From: an uncultured Thermoplasmata archaeon
Lineage (GTDB): Archaea; Thermoplasmatota; Thermoplasmata; Lutacidiplasmatales; UBA184
Assembly (NCBI GenBank): GCA_963719635.1
Contig: CAVRCS010000004.1
Span: 459,465 to 523,464, forward strand
Direction: 5' to 3'
DNA length: 64,000 nucleotides
The notes under the pieces were generated by a model. That model did not search any database. It saw nothing but the letters and a program-made list of their open reading frames with translations, and was not told where the DNA came from. The position numbers were made by a program, and so were the translations under genes. Positions 39,823 to 49,374 of this stretch are shown piece after piece; the first letter of the stretch is position 1; every line of letters starts with the position of its first letter.

Positions 39823-41298
39823 TCACGGCCCCGAGCGCAAGCGACGGACCTCTTCCTCGAGCTCCGGGGTCGGCGCGCCGGCGCTCCGCAGGTCCTCCAA
39901 GTTCACCGCAACGTTCGCGAGCGCCCCCTCCGAGGAGGCTGCGAGCAGGGCGAGCGCGGTGGTGAGGTCGCTCGCCAGCATCGTCTTGGTGCGGCTGCGG
40001 ACCGCCGTAAGCGCCCCTGCGACCGCGCGGGCGGCGCGGGCCGTCTCCAGCGGGACCAGGGCCGCCGCGCGGAGCGCGGAGGTGACCGCCGCGGCCGCCG
40101 CCGGATCCGTCGGCGCGCCCTTCAGCAGGCGACGGGCGGCCCGGACCCCCTCGTACGACCGACTGTCCTCCTCGGCGAGCTCGAGGAACCGGGCCCGCGC
40201 CGCACCGAGGCGTGCGTGGAGCGCGGAGAGCTCGGCGTCCGGGGTCGCCGGGGCGACCGAGTAGGCAACGACCATCTCCCCGAGCGCGGCGGCGAGGGCG
40301 GCGACCACGGCGGAGGCGCTCCCCCCGCCGGGGGTCGGCGTGCGCGCCGCAAGTCGGCCGGCGTAGCCGGCGATCGTTTCGCCGCCGGCGCGGTCCCGCT
40401 CGGCGGCGCGGACCTTCCGCTCGAGGACGAGGCCCCGGTCGAACCCCCGGAGCCGCAGCGCCCACTCGGCCGCGTCGAAGAGCGCGTCCTCGGGGATGAG
40501 GCCGACGATCTCCGACTCCTCGACGCCGGCGCCGAGCTTCTGGGCCTCCGTGCGGACGGCGTCGAACGCGCGCGGGACCGGGGTGACGCGGTAGTCGGTG
40601 AGGTTCATCGACACCTGGGCCCGCTTCCGTTCTGCGATCTCGAAGCCGAGAGCCTTGACGTCGGGAAGGCCCCCGTCCCGCGCCCGGACCGCCTTGGCGA
40701 CCTTCTTCGCCACCGCGACATCGGGCGTATCGAGCAGGACGTTGTAGGCGATCAGCACCGGCCGCGCGCCGACCGCCACCGCTCCGGCGGTCGGATGGAG
40801 CCGGGCGGCACCGAAGTCGGGAGCCCGGGCGGGGTCCGTCGGGACGGAGGCGAGGAGGACCTCGAACCCTCCTTCCCGGACCTTGGCGAGGTCGGCGCGC
40901 TCCGGGCGCCGGGCCGCGGCCGCGTACAGGTACACCGGCACGCCGAGCTCCCGGGCGACCCGATCGCCGAGCCGCTCGGCGAGCCGGACCGCCTCCGGCA
41001 TCGTCGACGAGCCGACCGGCACGAACGGGACGACGTCCGTCGCGCCCATGCGGGGGTGCTCGCCCTGGTGGACGGTTAGGTCGATCGTCCGGGTCGCGAC
41101 CTCCATCATCCGGAACACCGCCTCCAGCAGCGGGTCGCCGTCCCCGTAGAGCGTGATGACGCTCCGGTGGTGGTCCGCGTTGCTCTCGACGTCGAGCACC
41201 GTCACTCCTCCGACCGCCCGGGCGGCGTCGGCGATCGCCCGGACCTTGGAGAGGTCGCGCCCCTCCGAGAAGTTCGGGACGCACTCGAACGGCGTCAT
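39823..41298 (-). CDS. ftcD: Glutamate formimidoyltransferase/cyclodeaminase
   Basis: ECVPNFSEGR, GEHPRMGATDV, QVSMNL, PTPGGGS. Confidence 0.92.
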   Translation of the reverse strand: MTPFECVPNFSEGRDLSKVRAIADAARAVGGVTVLDVESNADHHRSVITLYGDGDPLLEAVFRMMEVATRTIDLTVHQGEHPRMGATDVVPFVPVGSSTMPEAVRLAERLGDRVARELGVPVYLYAAAARRPERADLAKVREGGFEVLLASVPTDPARAPDFGAARLHPTAGAVAVGARPVLIAYNVLLDTPDVAVAKKVAKAVRARDGGLPDVKALGFEIAERKRAQVSMNLTDYRVTPVPRAFDAVRTEAQKLGAGVEESEIVGLIPEDALFDAAEWALRLRGFDRGLVLERKVRAAERDRAGGETIAGYAGRLAARTPTPGGGSASAVVAALAAALGEMVVAYSVAPATPDAELSALHARLGAARARFLELAEEDSRSYEGVRAARRLLKGAPTDPAAAAAVTSALRAAALVPLETARAARAVAGALTAVRSRTKTMLASDLTTALALLAASSEGALANVAVNLEDLRSAGAPTPELEEEVRRLRSGP

Positions 41299-42329
41299 GC
41301 GCTCGGCCCGCCGAACGTCTCGAGCAGCGTCTGGTGTCCCTTCGCCTCGGCCGGCGTCGCCGCGACCGTCGGGCGGGTGCGCGCCCGCGAGACGGCGGCA
41401 CGGAAGCGAGTCTCCGAGAACCCGTGCGTTTCGACCAGGAGCTTGTGCAGGCCGACCTCGTCGACCGGTCCGAAGCTGATCGGCCCCGGCTCGACGGTCT
41501 CCGGGTGACGGAAGATCTCCGCGACCGCACGGGCCTCCTCCAGCTCGAGGCCGGCCCGTGCCATCGTCGCGTCGAATCCGAGGTGCTCGCGGACGAGCTT
41601 GAGGGCGGTCTTCGGACCGTAGCCGTCGGCCCCTTCGTTGAAGTCGGTCCCGACCAGGATGCCGAGGGCGATCAGCTCGTCCTGGTCGATCCCGAGGGTC
41701 GAGAGAAGGTCGGCGCGGTCGATCAGCTGGGCCGCGGGCGCGGCCCCGGAGCGTTGCCGGGCTGCCAAGCCTCGCACGAGGCGGGGGGCGCCGAACAACA
41801 GGCTATCGTAATCCTCGGAGGCGGCGGCCCAGGTGACCCCCTGGGCGGCGAGGACCGCGGCCTGGGCCTCCCCTTCGCCCGGCGCCTGCAGCACGGGCAC
41901 CCCCAGGCCCCGCAACAGCGCGTGCAGCTCGTCGACCATGGCGCGCGTCAGGTGGGAGGTCTGGGCCGCCTTCCTTCGCGCCGTAGCGAGGTCGCCGGCA
42001 GCGAGCGCCTCCTTCCACTCCCCCTCCGCCCTCTCCTTCGCCGCGATCCGCTTGCGGATCGTCCCAGCCTTTCGCTCTGGGGGCTTACCGTCGAAGACCC
42101 ACACGGGCAGCACTCCCTGCTCGAGGAGCGAGGTCGTCCGGTAGAACGTCCCCATCAGGTGGCTGGTGACCTGGCCCTGCGCGTCCGAGAACAGGTGGCC
42201 GTCCCGGCCGCGGATCGTCGCGAGGAACTGGTAGACCGCGTTGTAGCCGTCGACCGCGAGGCTACGCCCTGCGAGGGTGTCCCAAGGGAGCTCCTGGGCC
42301 GTCACCAGGGGTCGAAGCGGGAGCCCCAC
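41295..42329 (-). CDS. fen: Flap endonuclease 1
   Basis: DGYN..YQFL, VFDG, EGEAQAA, DYDSLLFG, GTDFN, PIP box QTLLETF. Confidence 0.93.
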   Translation of the reverse strand: MGLPLRPLVTAQELPWDTLAGRSLAVDGYNAVYQFLATIRGRDGHLFSDAQGQVTSHLMGTFYRTTSLLEQGVLPVWVFDGKPPERKAGTIRKRIAAKERAEGEWKEALAAGDLATARRKAAQTSHLTRAMVDELHALLRGLGVPVLQAPGEGEAQAAVLAAQGVTWAAASEDYDSLLFGAPRLVRGLAARQRSGAAPAAQLIDRADLLSTLGIDQDELIALGILVGTDFNEGADGYGPKTALKLVREHLGFDATMARAGLELEEARAVAEIFRHPETVEPGPISFGPVDEVGLHKLLVETHGFSETRFRAAVSRARTRPTVAATPAEAKGHQTLLETFGGPSA

Positions 42330-42521
42330 AGGGCGCATCGAGGAGGGGTGAGGTACTTGGGGTTGCTGAGGACGACCGGTGTCGGACCGGCGACCGGGGC
42401 CTGGTCCGGCGGTGCCGGGCGAAGATGCCGCCCCGCGGTGCGCCCGTCCGGAGCCCGTGCCGGGGCGGCGTAGCACCCGCTCCCGCTATACTCCGGCCGG
42501 CCTGCCACTCCCCGTCGGCCG

Positions 42522-43316
42522 ATGGAGTTCTTCTGGCGCGAAGAAGGCGACCCCGCGCAAGGTCCCGGCACCGGCGCCGTCCTGCTCTCCTCGTTCCCGA
42601 GCGCGGGCCTCGCCGCGACGGTGGCGAGCCACTACATTGTCCGCTCGCTCAAGCTTCCGCGCGTCGCGCGGTTCGAATCACCGGACGTCGCGCCGATCGC
42701 CGTCGTCCAAGGCGGCGAGGTGAACCCGACGATCCGGGTCTACGGGCGTCCGGGGCTCGGCCTCGTCCTCTCCGAGTTCCCGCCCCTCGCCGCCCAGCTC
42801 TCCCCGCTCGCGACGACGATCCTGGACACCGCCGAGCGGCTAAAGGCGCGCCTGATCGTCTGCCTCGAGGGCGTCGTCCCGCACCCCGACCCTGACCACG
42901 ACGGGGGAACGCCGGCCAGCACCGCCGACGAGAGCGTGTGGGCGGCGTTCTCCCGCCGGGACCCGGCCGTGCTCGCGTCGTTCGCGAAGACCCAGGCCCG
43001 TGCGTTGGAAGACGGGGTCATCGGCGGGGTCTCGGGGGCGCTCCTAGTGCAAGGAATCGGTCGAAAGGTCCCGGTCGCCGTCATCCTGGTCAGCACTCGG
43101 GCCGCCGAGGGGCTGCCGGACCACCGCGCCGGCGCCGTGCTGATCGAGTCCCTCGACCGCCTCCTGCCGGAACTGCAGATCGACACCGGTCCGCTGCGCA
43201 AGCAGGCGGCCGAGATCGAGAAGATGCTGCGCAGCGCGATGAAGACGCGTCCGGGCGCGCCGACCGCGACCGCGGTCGATGCCGAGGCCCCGCCCGGCAT
43301 TGGGATGTACGGCTGA
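42522..43316 (+). CDS. PAC2 family proteasome assembly chaperone
   Basis: FPSAGLAATVASHY, GVSGALL, PD.RA, ID..PL..QA.EIE. Confidence 0.85.
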   Translation: MEFFWREEGDPAQGPGTGAVLLSSFPSAGLAATVASHYIVRSLKLPRVARFESPDVAPIAVVQGGEVNPTIRVYGRPGLGLVLSEFPPLAAQLSPLATTILDTAERLKARLIVCLEGVVPHPDPDHDGGTPASTADESVWAAFSRRDPAVLASFAKTQARALEDGVIGGVSGALLVQGIGRKVPVAVILVSTRAAEGLPDHRAGAVLIESLDRLLPELQIDTGPLRKQAAEIEKMLRSAMKTRPGAPTATAVDAEAPPGIGMYG

Positions 43317-43350
43317 GCCCAGACCGCGCCGGCGGGGCCGCGTTTAGGCC

Positions 43351-43518
43351 TTACCCGAACGTTTCGCGGTACGTCAGCAGGTAGAACGCCCCAACGATCA
43401 TCAGGGCGATCATCGCGAAGATCGACACGGGGTTGGACGAGAACCAGGCGACGGTCACCCCGATCAGCCCGGCGGGGACCGCCAGGAGACCGATGCCGGT
43501 GACGAGCTTGCCGTCCAT
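43351..43518 (-). CDS. 55-aa two-TM microprotein (not in ORF track)
   Basis: MDGKLVTGIGLLAVPAGLIGV...FYLLTYRETFG; TTAAGA box about 25 nt upstream. Confidence 0.65.
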   Translation of the reverse strand: MDGKLVTGIGLLAVPAGLIGVTVAWFSSNPVSIFAMIALMIVGAFYLLTYRETFG

Positions 43519-43598
43519 CCCCCGGCCGAGGCGGTGGGTCTCTTAACGGTACGCGGCAGGTGGGCGAGGGAAGGGGGGGCTTCCCTCGCCCGGCATCA

Positions 43599-44513
43599 TC
43601 AGGGGCTAGGGGACGGCGGCCCGCTCGAGACGACCTCGAACGTGAGCTCCGCCTCGGCCCCGACCCGGGCCGCCGGTAGGACCGGCGGGAGTTCGGGCCC
43701 GAGCGGGGACACGGGCGGGTATTGGCCGGGGTACGCGAGCGTCTCGGACGCGACGACGGAGGGGATCTCGGGTCGCAGGAGCGGCTCGGCGTTGTACGCG
43801 GCGAGGAGCGCCTCGGCCGGGGCGAGGATCGCCTGCTCGAGGTGGTCGCCGATCACCTCCGACCAGTGGCGGCCGACGGCGCCGAAGGCGCGCGCTCCGA
43901 ACGACGCGATCAGCTTCTCGTTGTCGAGGACCTCGAGGGTCGCGTGGCCGCGTTCGCGCTTCTCGGCGAACGCCTCCACGAGGCGGAGGCGGCCGATCGC
44001 CCGCTCGGCGAGCGCCCGGCGCTCGCCTTCACAGCGGAACGGCTTGATCACGAAGACGCTCACCACCGCCGCATGGCGGGAGGCGAGCTCGAGGAGGTGG
44101 GGAAGGGCGCCGCTGCCGGCCCCGCCGCCCAGACTGCCGACGATGACGACGAACGAGGCCCCCTGGAAGATGCCCCGCAGCGACGGCTCGGCGGCGCGCG
44201 CGAGGACCCCGGCGACGACGGGCGAGCCGCCGGTGTCGACCTCCTCGCCCGTCTCCGGGCCGAGGTAGACCTGCCGGTCGTACTCCTCGTAGCGGTGGAC
44301 CTTCGGGTCGCAGTTGATCGCGACGGTCTCGACGTGGGGCAGGTGCTTCGCGGCGATCGCCCGGCCAATGTGGACCGCTCCGCCCCCGACCGTCACGAGG
44401 ACGACCCGGAGCTCCTGGCCCAAGCGCAGCGCCGACGGGACCTCCTCGAGGATCCGTTCGGCTACGCGCGTTCGGTTTCGTTCGTCGTCGTTCCACCCCG
44501 TCGTTTCCGTCAT
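43599..44513 (-). CDS. Divergent FtsZ/tubulin-family protein, GTPase N-domain only
   Basis: VGGG, AINCD, GGSP, LGGGAGSG, PF..EG.RR, DNEKL are collinear with FtsZ; no T7 loop or C-domain. Confidence 0.75.
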   Translation of the reverse strand: MTETTGWNDDERNRTRVAERILEEVPSALRLGQELRVVLVTVGGGAVHIGRAIAAKHLPHVETVAINCDPKVHRYEEYDRQVYLGPETGEEVDTGGSPVVAGVLARAAEPSLRGIFQGASFVVIVGSLGGGAGSGALPHLLELASRHAAVVSVFVIKPFRCEGERRALAERAIGRLRLVEAFAEKRERGHATLEVLDNEKLIASFGARAFGAVGRHWSEVIGDHLEQAILAPAEALLAAYNAEPLLRPEIPSVVASETLAYPGQYPPVSPLGPELPPVLPAARVGAEAELTFEVVSSGPPSPSP

Positions 44514-44546
44514 GCAACCAGCCCGACCGCCCGTCCGACGCTTGCC

Positions 44547-45047
44547 CTACCGCCCGACGACCCCCTTACGCTGGAGCTCGCGGCCGCTGTCGGAGAGTTC
44601 CCCGACGCGGGTCCGCGTCTCGACCGCCTCTCGGTTCCGCTCGCGCGCGTGCTGAGCGAGGTCGTGCACCTTGGCGTCCTTCTCTCCGTACCGGAAGATC
44701 TGGGCCAGGGCGTCCCTCACGTCGGCGTTGTTCATCACGTGGCGAGCATAGGCGATGGTGTCAGCGTACTCCTCCGGCTTGAGTCGGATGGCGACTTCGA
44801 CGTAGCCCTCCGAGTCCACCGCAGGGGTCGGCGTGCTGGACATCGCTCGGGACCGCAGGAACGCGTGCAGCGAGGCCCTCAAGAGCTCGGACCGGGTCGG
44901 ATACTCGCCCGAAGAGACGAACGAGTCGACCAGGCGGAGTTCGGAGAGGGTGCACCGCAGCGCGATGCGCGCGTCCTCACGGTCACGACGGGTGGCCTCG
45001 GGCCCGCTTGCGCGGTCCTTCTTCCCGTCCCGAGCGTTGTCGAACAC
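44547..45047 (-). CDS. Ribbon-helix-helix (CopG/CdrS-like) regulator, probably tandem RHH
   Basis: IALR...VDSFVSSGEYPTRSELLRASL; a second VAIRL...DVRDAL unit. Confidence 0.7.
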   Translation of the reverse strand: MFDNARDGKKDRASGPEATRRDREDARIALRCTLSELRLVDSFVSSGEYPTRSELLRASLHAFLRSRAMSSTPTPAVDSEGYVEVAIRLKPEEYADTIAYARHVMNNADVRDALAQIFRYGEKDAKVHDLAQHARERNREAVETRTRVGELSDSGRELQRKGVVGR

Positions 45048-45170
45048 AGTCGAACAAGACCATTGGCATTTCTGATACTTAAACAGGGGGAGGGGTTATC
45101 GACTGAAACCGTTCGAACCACGCGGGGTCGTGGCTGCTGACGTGTCGAACAAATATCGGTGTCGTCGAAC
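45039..45170. promoter_or_regulatory. Repeated GTCGAAC(A) boxes around the RHH promoter; TATA TTTAAG about 35 nt upstream
   Basis: Copies at 45039, 45049, 45144, 45164 plus the variant GTTCGAAC at 45111. Confidence 0.5.
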
Positions 45171-45421
45171 GCCCCCCTCCCTCCCGATGTCGATTGTATA
45201 ACCGCCCGATTTTCCACGCAGAGAACCTGGCGAGCGCCGGGTGGTGCAGGGCCCGCGGGCAGACGCGACCGACCCGCGCGCGCGCGGTCCGCGCAACGAG
45301 CACGGGCGCCGAGCGGGGCCGTCGGAGCATCGACGAGGACGCCCTCGCAGTAACAAAGAATTAAATCGAGGGGGCCGCGCTTGTTTCATGAGCCGCCTTC
45401 CGGGGCGGCGTCGAGGATTGT

Positions 45422-46726
45422 GTGACCGAGGGCGACGCCGCCGCGCAGTTTGCGCAGGAGGCGCGCGCCTCCGGCCTCGCGCTCCCGACCAGCCGTCGCT
45501 TCAACCTGCGCACCGTCGCGGTAGTGATCGCCGTGCTGATCGCCGGCTCGCTCGTGTTCGGTTATACGACCCACTGGGTGACCCTCAACCGGGCGGCGCC
45601 GAACCCGCTCGCCGAGCTTCCCGGATGCCCCGCCGCGGGCGTCAGCCTCCAGGTCGAGGTCGAGGCCGGCGCCGCCGCCGGACTCGCCGCGCTCTGGCCG
45701 TCCCTTGCGTCGGGGTTCTCGACGTCGACGGGCGGATGCCTGTCGGTCACTTCCAACTCGAGCGCCTCCGCGTTCGGCCCGCTCGCCGCCAAGAGCTCGG
45801 ACGCGGTCGTCGGGCCGCTTCTCCCCACGGGGGGCCCGCTCGCCGCCGACACGTACGCGGTGCCGCTCCTCCTCTCCCCGCTGTCGATCCTCGTCAACGA
45901 CGACGGCCTCGGGAGCGCCGTCAACGTCTCGGCCGCCGCTCTCGCGGGGGCGTACCTCGGTTCAATCGCCACGTGGGGAAGCGGGCTGCTCGCTGGCCCG
46001 AACCCCGGCAGCCACTCGAGCGCGAACGTGTCAGTCGTCTCCCTCCCGGGCCCGTCGGAGGCGAACGCTCTCTTGTCGGAGTACCTGAGCGAGCGAAACT
46101 CCACGTTCCAGGGGGAGGTCGGCGCGGGGGCCAATGTCAGCTGGCCGGACGGGGTGGTCGCCTCGAGCGCCGCCGAGGTCGCGACGCTGGTCGCCTCGAC
46201 GCCGGGTCGGATCGGCTACGTCCCCACGGACGTCTGTGGCTCGCTCCCCGTCGGCGTCATCTGCGCGGCCGTGGAGTCCGCCCCGGGCGTCTTCACCCTC
46301 CCGTCCGCCTCCACGGTCTTCTCGGCCGAGGCGCTCCTCGCGAACACGACCGCGGCCCAGGCGAACGACTGGACGAACCTCAGCGGCGTCGCCCCGCTCG
46401 CCCCGGGCGTCTACCCGATGGTGGAGGTGACGTACGCCACTCTCTACCGGGATCTCGGGACGGCCTACGGCGCGAGCCTGGACCTCAACGACTCCAAATG
46501 GCTCGTCGCCGCGTTCTTCTGGGTGGCCGCGGACACGTCCAGCGCGCCGGGGCTCCTGGCATCGCCGTACGGCTACTTCCCGGTCTCCGAGCAGCTCGGC
46601 TTCGAGGCGGAGAAGGCAGCGTTGAGCGTCACCTACCTCGGAAACTGGGTCCTCCTGCCCCCGAGCGCGATCTCTCCGAGCGACCCCGAGGCGGGAGAGG
46701 GAGGGGGAGAGACCGGTGAGTTCTAG
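45422..46726 (+). CDS. Membrane-anchored PstS-like substrate-binding protein (divergent)
   Basis: N-terminal TM; LAGAYLG.IATW, YLS, V...PGRIGYV, YPMV..TY segments resemble the PstS/PBP2 fold. Confidence 0.6.
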   Translation: MTEGDAAAQFAQEARASGLALPTSRRFNLRTVAVVIAVLIAGSLVFGYTTHWVTLNRAAPNPLAELPGCPAAGVSLQVEVEAGAAAGLAALWPSLASGFSTSTGGCLSVTSNSSASAFGPLAAKSSDAVVGPLLPTGGPLAADTYAVPLLLSPLSILVNDDGLGSAVNVSAAALAGAYLGSIATWGSGLLAGPNPGSHSSANVSVVSLPGPSEANALLSEYLSERNSTFQGEVGAGANVSWPDGVVASSAAEVATLVASTPGRIGYVPTDVCGSLPVGVICAAVESAPGVFTLPSASTVFSAEALLANTTAAQANDWTNLSGVAPLAPGVYPMVEVTYATLYRDLGTAYGASLDLNDSKWLVAAFFWVAADTSSAPGLLASPYGYFPVSEQLGFEAEKAALSVTYLGNWVLLPPSAISPSDPEAGEGGGETGEF

Positions 46727-48516
46727 CCCCGTCCGCACGTGGCTCCCGCGAGCCGTAGCCCTCCTCGTCGGCCCGGCGGCGGCGGGAGGGACGGCATCCG
46801 CGCTCGGACTGCCAGCCCCGTTCACCGGCCCCGGCGGCGGAGTCGTCGGCGCTCTGTGCTCCCCCCTCTTCGTCCTGGTCCTGGGCGCGGAGCTCCTGCT
46901 CCTCGGCCTCTGGACGACCCGGAGCTCGGGCGGGCTCGAGCTCGCCCTCTGGGCCGCTCCGGGCGCCCTGGTCGCGGCCGGTGCTGCGGGGATTGTGACA
47001 GGCCCCGCCGCTCGAGACGCGTTCCTCGCGGCGTCGGCGCTCCTCGTCCTCTGGTTCACGGTCGTCCTCCAGGTACGTGTACCGGCACAAGCAGCTCGCC
47101 GAGGGCACCATGGCGTACCTCCGCGAGGTGACGCTCCTCGCGATCGTGGCGAGCGCCGGCTGGTTCGTGTGGGTGCTGGATGGCTCGCCGTACGTCTGGG
47201 CGGCGACCGGGGTCGTCGCGACGGTCGTCCTCGTCCGCGGCCTGGCGGCCCGAGCCCCCGACGCCGCCGGCGAACGGGTCCCGTGGCTGCTCCGACCGCT
47301 CTGGGCGGTCCAGCTCCTGCTGTTCACCTTCCTGGCGGAGTTCTTCGTCGGCGCGCTCCTTGACCTCGAGCTCTCCGGCCGTTCGTTCCTCCAGTTCATC
47401 CCGTTCGTGCCGATCGTCGGCCCGACGGCGTCGGTGGTCGGCCTGGGCGTGTACGACGGACTGTGGTTCGGGGCGGCGATCCTCGCCTCCGCATGGTTCC
47501 TCGTCGCGCTCGGGGTGACGATGGGGGGCCTCGTGGTCCTGCGGATGCGGGAGGTCCACGTGCCCGCCCAGCGGTATCGGATGGGGCTGATGCTGGGGGT
47601 GTACGCTCTCGCGGCCGTCTACGTCCCGAGCCTCGCGTCGTCGACCCCGCTCGTCTCCAACAAGACCCTGGCGAGCCTCCCGCTCATCGGCTGGGGGTTC
47701 GGCCTCCGGTCGGGCGGGCCGTTCGAGTCCGGGATCTTCCTCGCCGTGCTGGTGATGTACGCCAGCGTCGGCGTCCTTACCGTCCTCTTCGGCCGGAAGG
47801 CGCTCTGTTCGGTGATGTGCGGCGCGGCGATCATGTACCAGGGGACGGCGATGCACGAGATGCGCCAGTTCAACCAGACGTCGCGCGTCGGCCAGTACTT
47901 CCTCGGGAGCCGTCTGTCGACCGCCTACGTCGTCGCGTCGACCCTCGCCCTGACGTCGTTGTTCGCGGTCTCGCTGCTGAGCTACCTCCACCGGCTGCCG
48001 ACCGTCCAGGTCGCGAACGGGGAGTTCGACACCAGCGCGCTCCCGCTCCCGATCGAGCTGTACTTCGGGGGCCTCTGGTTCGCGATGTTCGTCGCGACGC
48101 CGTACGTGGGGACGTACAACTGCGCGACGACGGGGGTCTGCCACTGGGGCTCGCTGAGCGTCCCGTTCGCGAAGGTGAGCTTCTTCCGGCTCCGGGTGAA
48201 GGACAGGGAGGTCTGCCAGCGGTGCACGACGTTCGACTGCGCGAAGGCGTGCCCGGTCGGGCTGGTCGACATGCCGTTCTACTTCCGGACGACCGGCGAA
48301 TACCGGAGCACGAAGTGTTGCGGGGTCGGCGATTGCGTTGGTGCCTGCCCGTACGGCAACCTCTACCACCAGGACGTCCGCCACTGGATCGCGAAGGCGT
48401 TCGCGAGGCTCGGCCGCAGCCGGCCCGGCCCCGCCCTGCCGATGGTTTCGTCGTCCCCGGCCGTCGTCCGGTCGGCGCCCCCGGCCGCGGAGCTCCACGC
48501 CCGCGGGCCGGGCTGA
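46716..48516 (+). CDS. Polytopic membrane 4Fe-4S protein (NapH/MauN-like); +1 frameshift near 47072
   Basis: Many TM helices, CSVMC, CATTGVC, CQRCTTFDCAKACP, CCGVGDCVGACP. Confidence 0.75.
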
Positions 48517-48759
48517 TGTCGCCGCCCCTTCCGAAGGGGACCGACAGCTGCCGACCTTCCCGCCTCCGCCCGGGATTCCTTTCGGCGCGCTACGGTCTAG
48601 CGCTCCTCAGGAGCGTGCGGATTGATACGTATTCGTGCGGATTACGTCAATCAACGATTTAGAAGTCGTCTCCTGTAGTTCGTCTCAGCCTCAATGTAGA
48701 TATAGGGGGTCCTCGAGACAATCGCTCGGGTCAGTTGACCCTACGGAGGAATCGAACGA

Positions 48760-49374
48760 ATGAACGCCATGGACAAGATGGTCCGGACCTGGAAGCGGAA
48801 GCGCCAGCGCGGGGTGTCGCCGATCATCGCGACGATCCTGCTGGTCGCGATCACGGTCGTGCTCGCGGCCGTGCTGTACGTCCTGATCTCGGGACTGACG
48901 CACGGCGGCGGGGCCGTCCCGTACTCGGTCTCGATGGGAACGCCGAGCTGGTCGGGGACGAGTCCGTCCTACGGAACGATCTCGATCACGGGCGCGACGA
49001 GCGGGTTGACGACCTCGCTCTTCGGGTTCGCGGTGGCGACGATCAGCGGCTCGCCGGTGCCGGTCGCGACGGCGGCACCCACGACGACCTGTAAGGCGAA
49101 GGTGTCCTACGCGACGACCGCCTGCACGGCCCCGACGACCGGCAACTGGTACGTCGTGCTCTACTACACGGGCAACGGGAGCATCGCGGACATCTGGGTC
49201 AACGGCGGCTGGACGACCGGCCTGACCAACAACTATGCCGTGGGCATCAGTGCCGGGGCGCAGTCGCTGGTGATCATCGGCTCGTCGGGCGCGAGCCTGC
49301 CGAGCTCCGGCGATCAGCTGAACGCTTTCGGGCTGGGCAGCTCGAGCGTGAGCGGTTCCTCCGGGTCGTTCTGA
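48760..49374 (+). CDS. Archaeal type IV pilin, copy 1
   Basis: Class III signal peptide RKRQRG/VSPIIATILLVAITVVLAAVLY. Confidence 0.9.
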   Translation: MNAMDKMVRTWKRKRQRGVSPIIATILLVAITVVLAAVLYVLISGLTHGGGAVPYSVSMGTPSWSGTSPSYGTISITGATSGLTTSLFGFAVATISGSPVPVATAAPTTTCKAKVSYATTACTAPTTGNWYVVLYYTGNGSIADIWVNGGWTTGLTNNYAVGISAGAQSLVIIGSSGASLPSSGDQLNAFGLGSSSVSGSSGSF

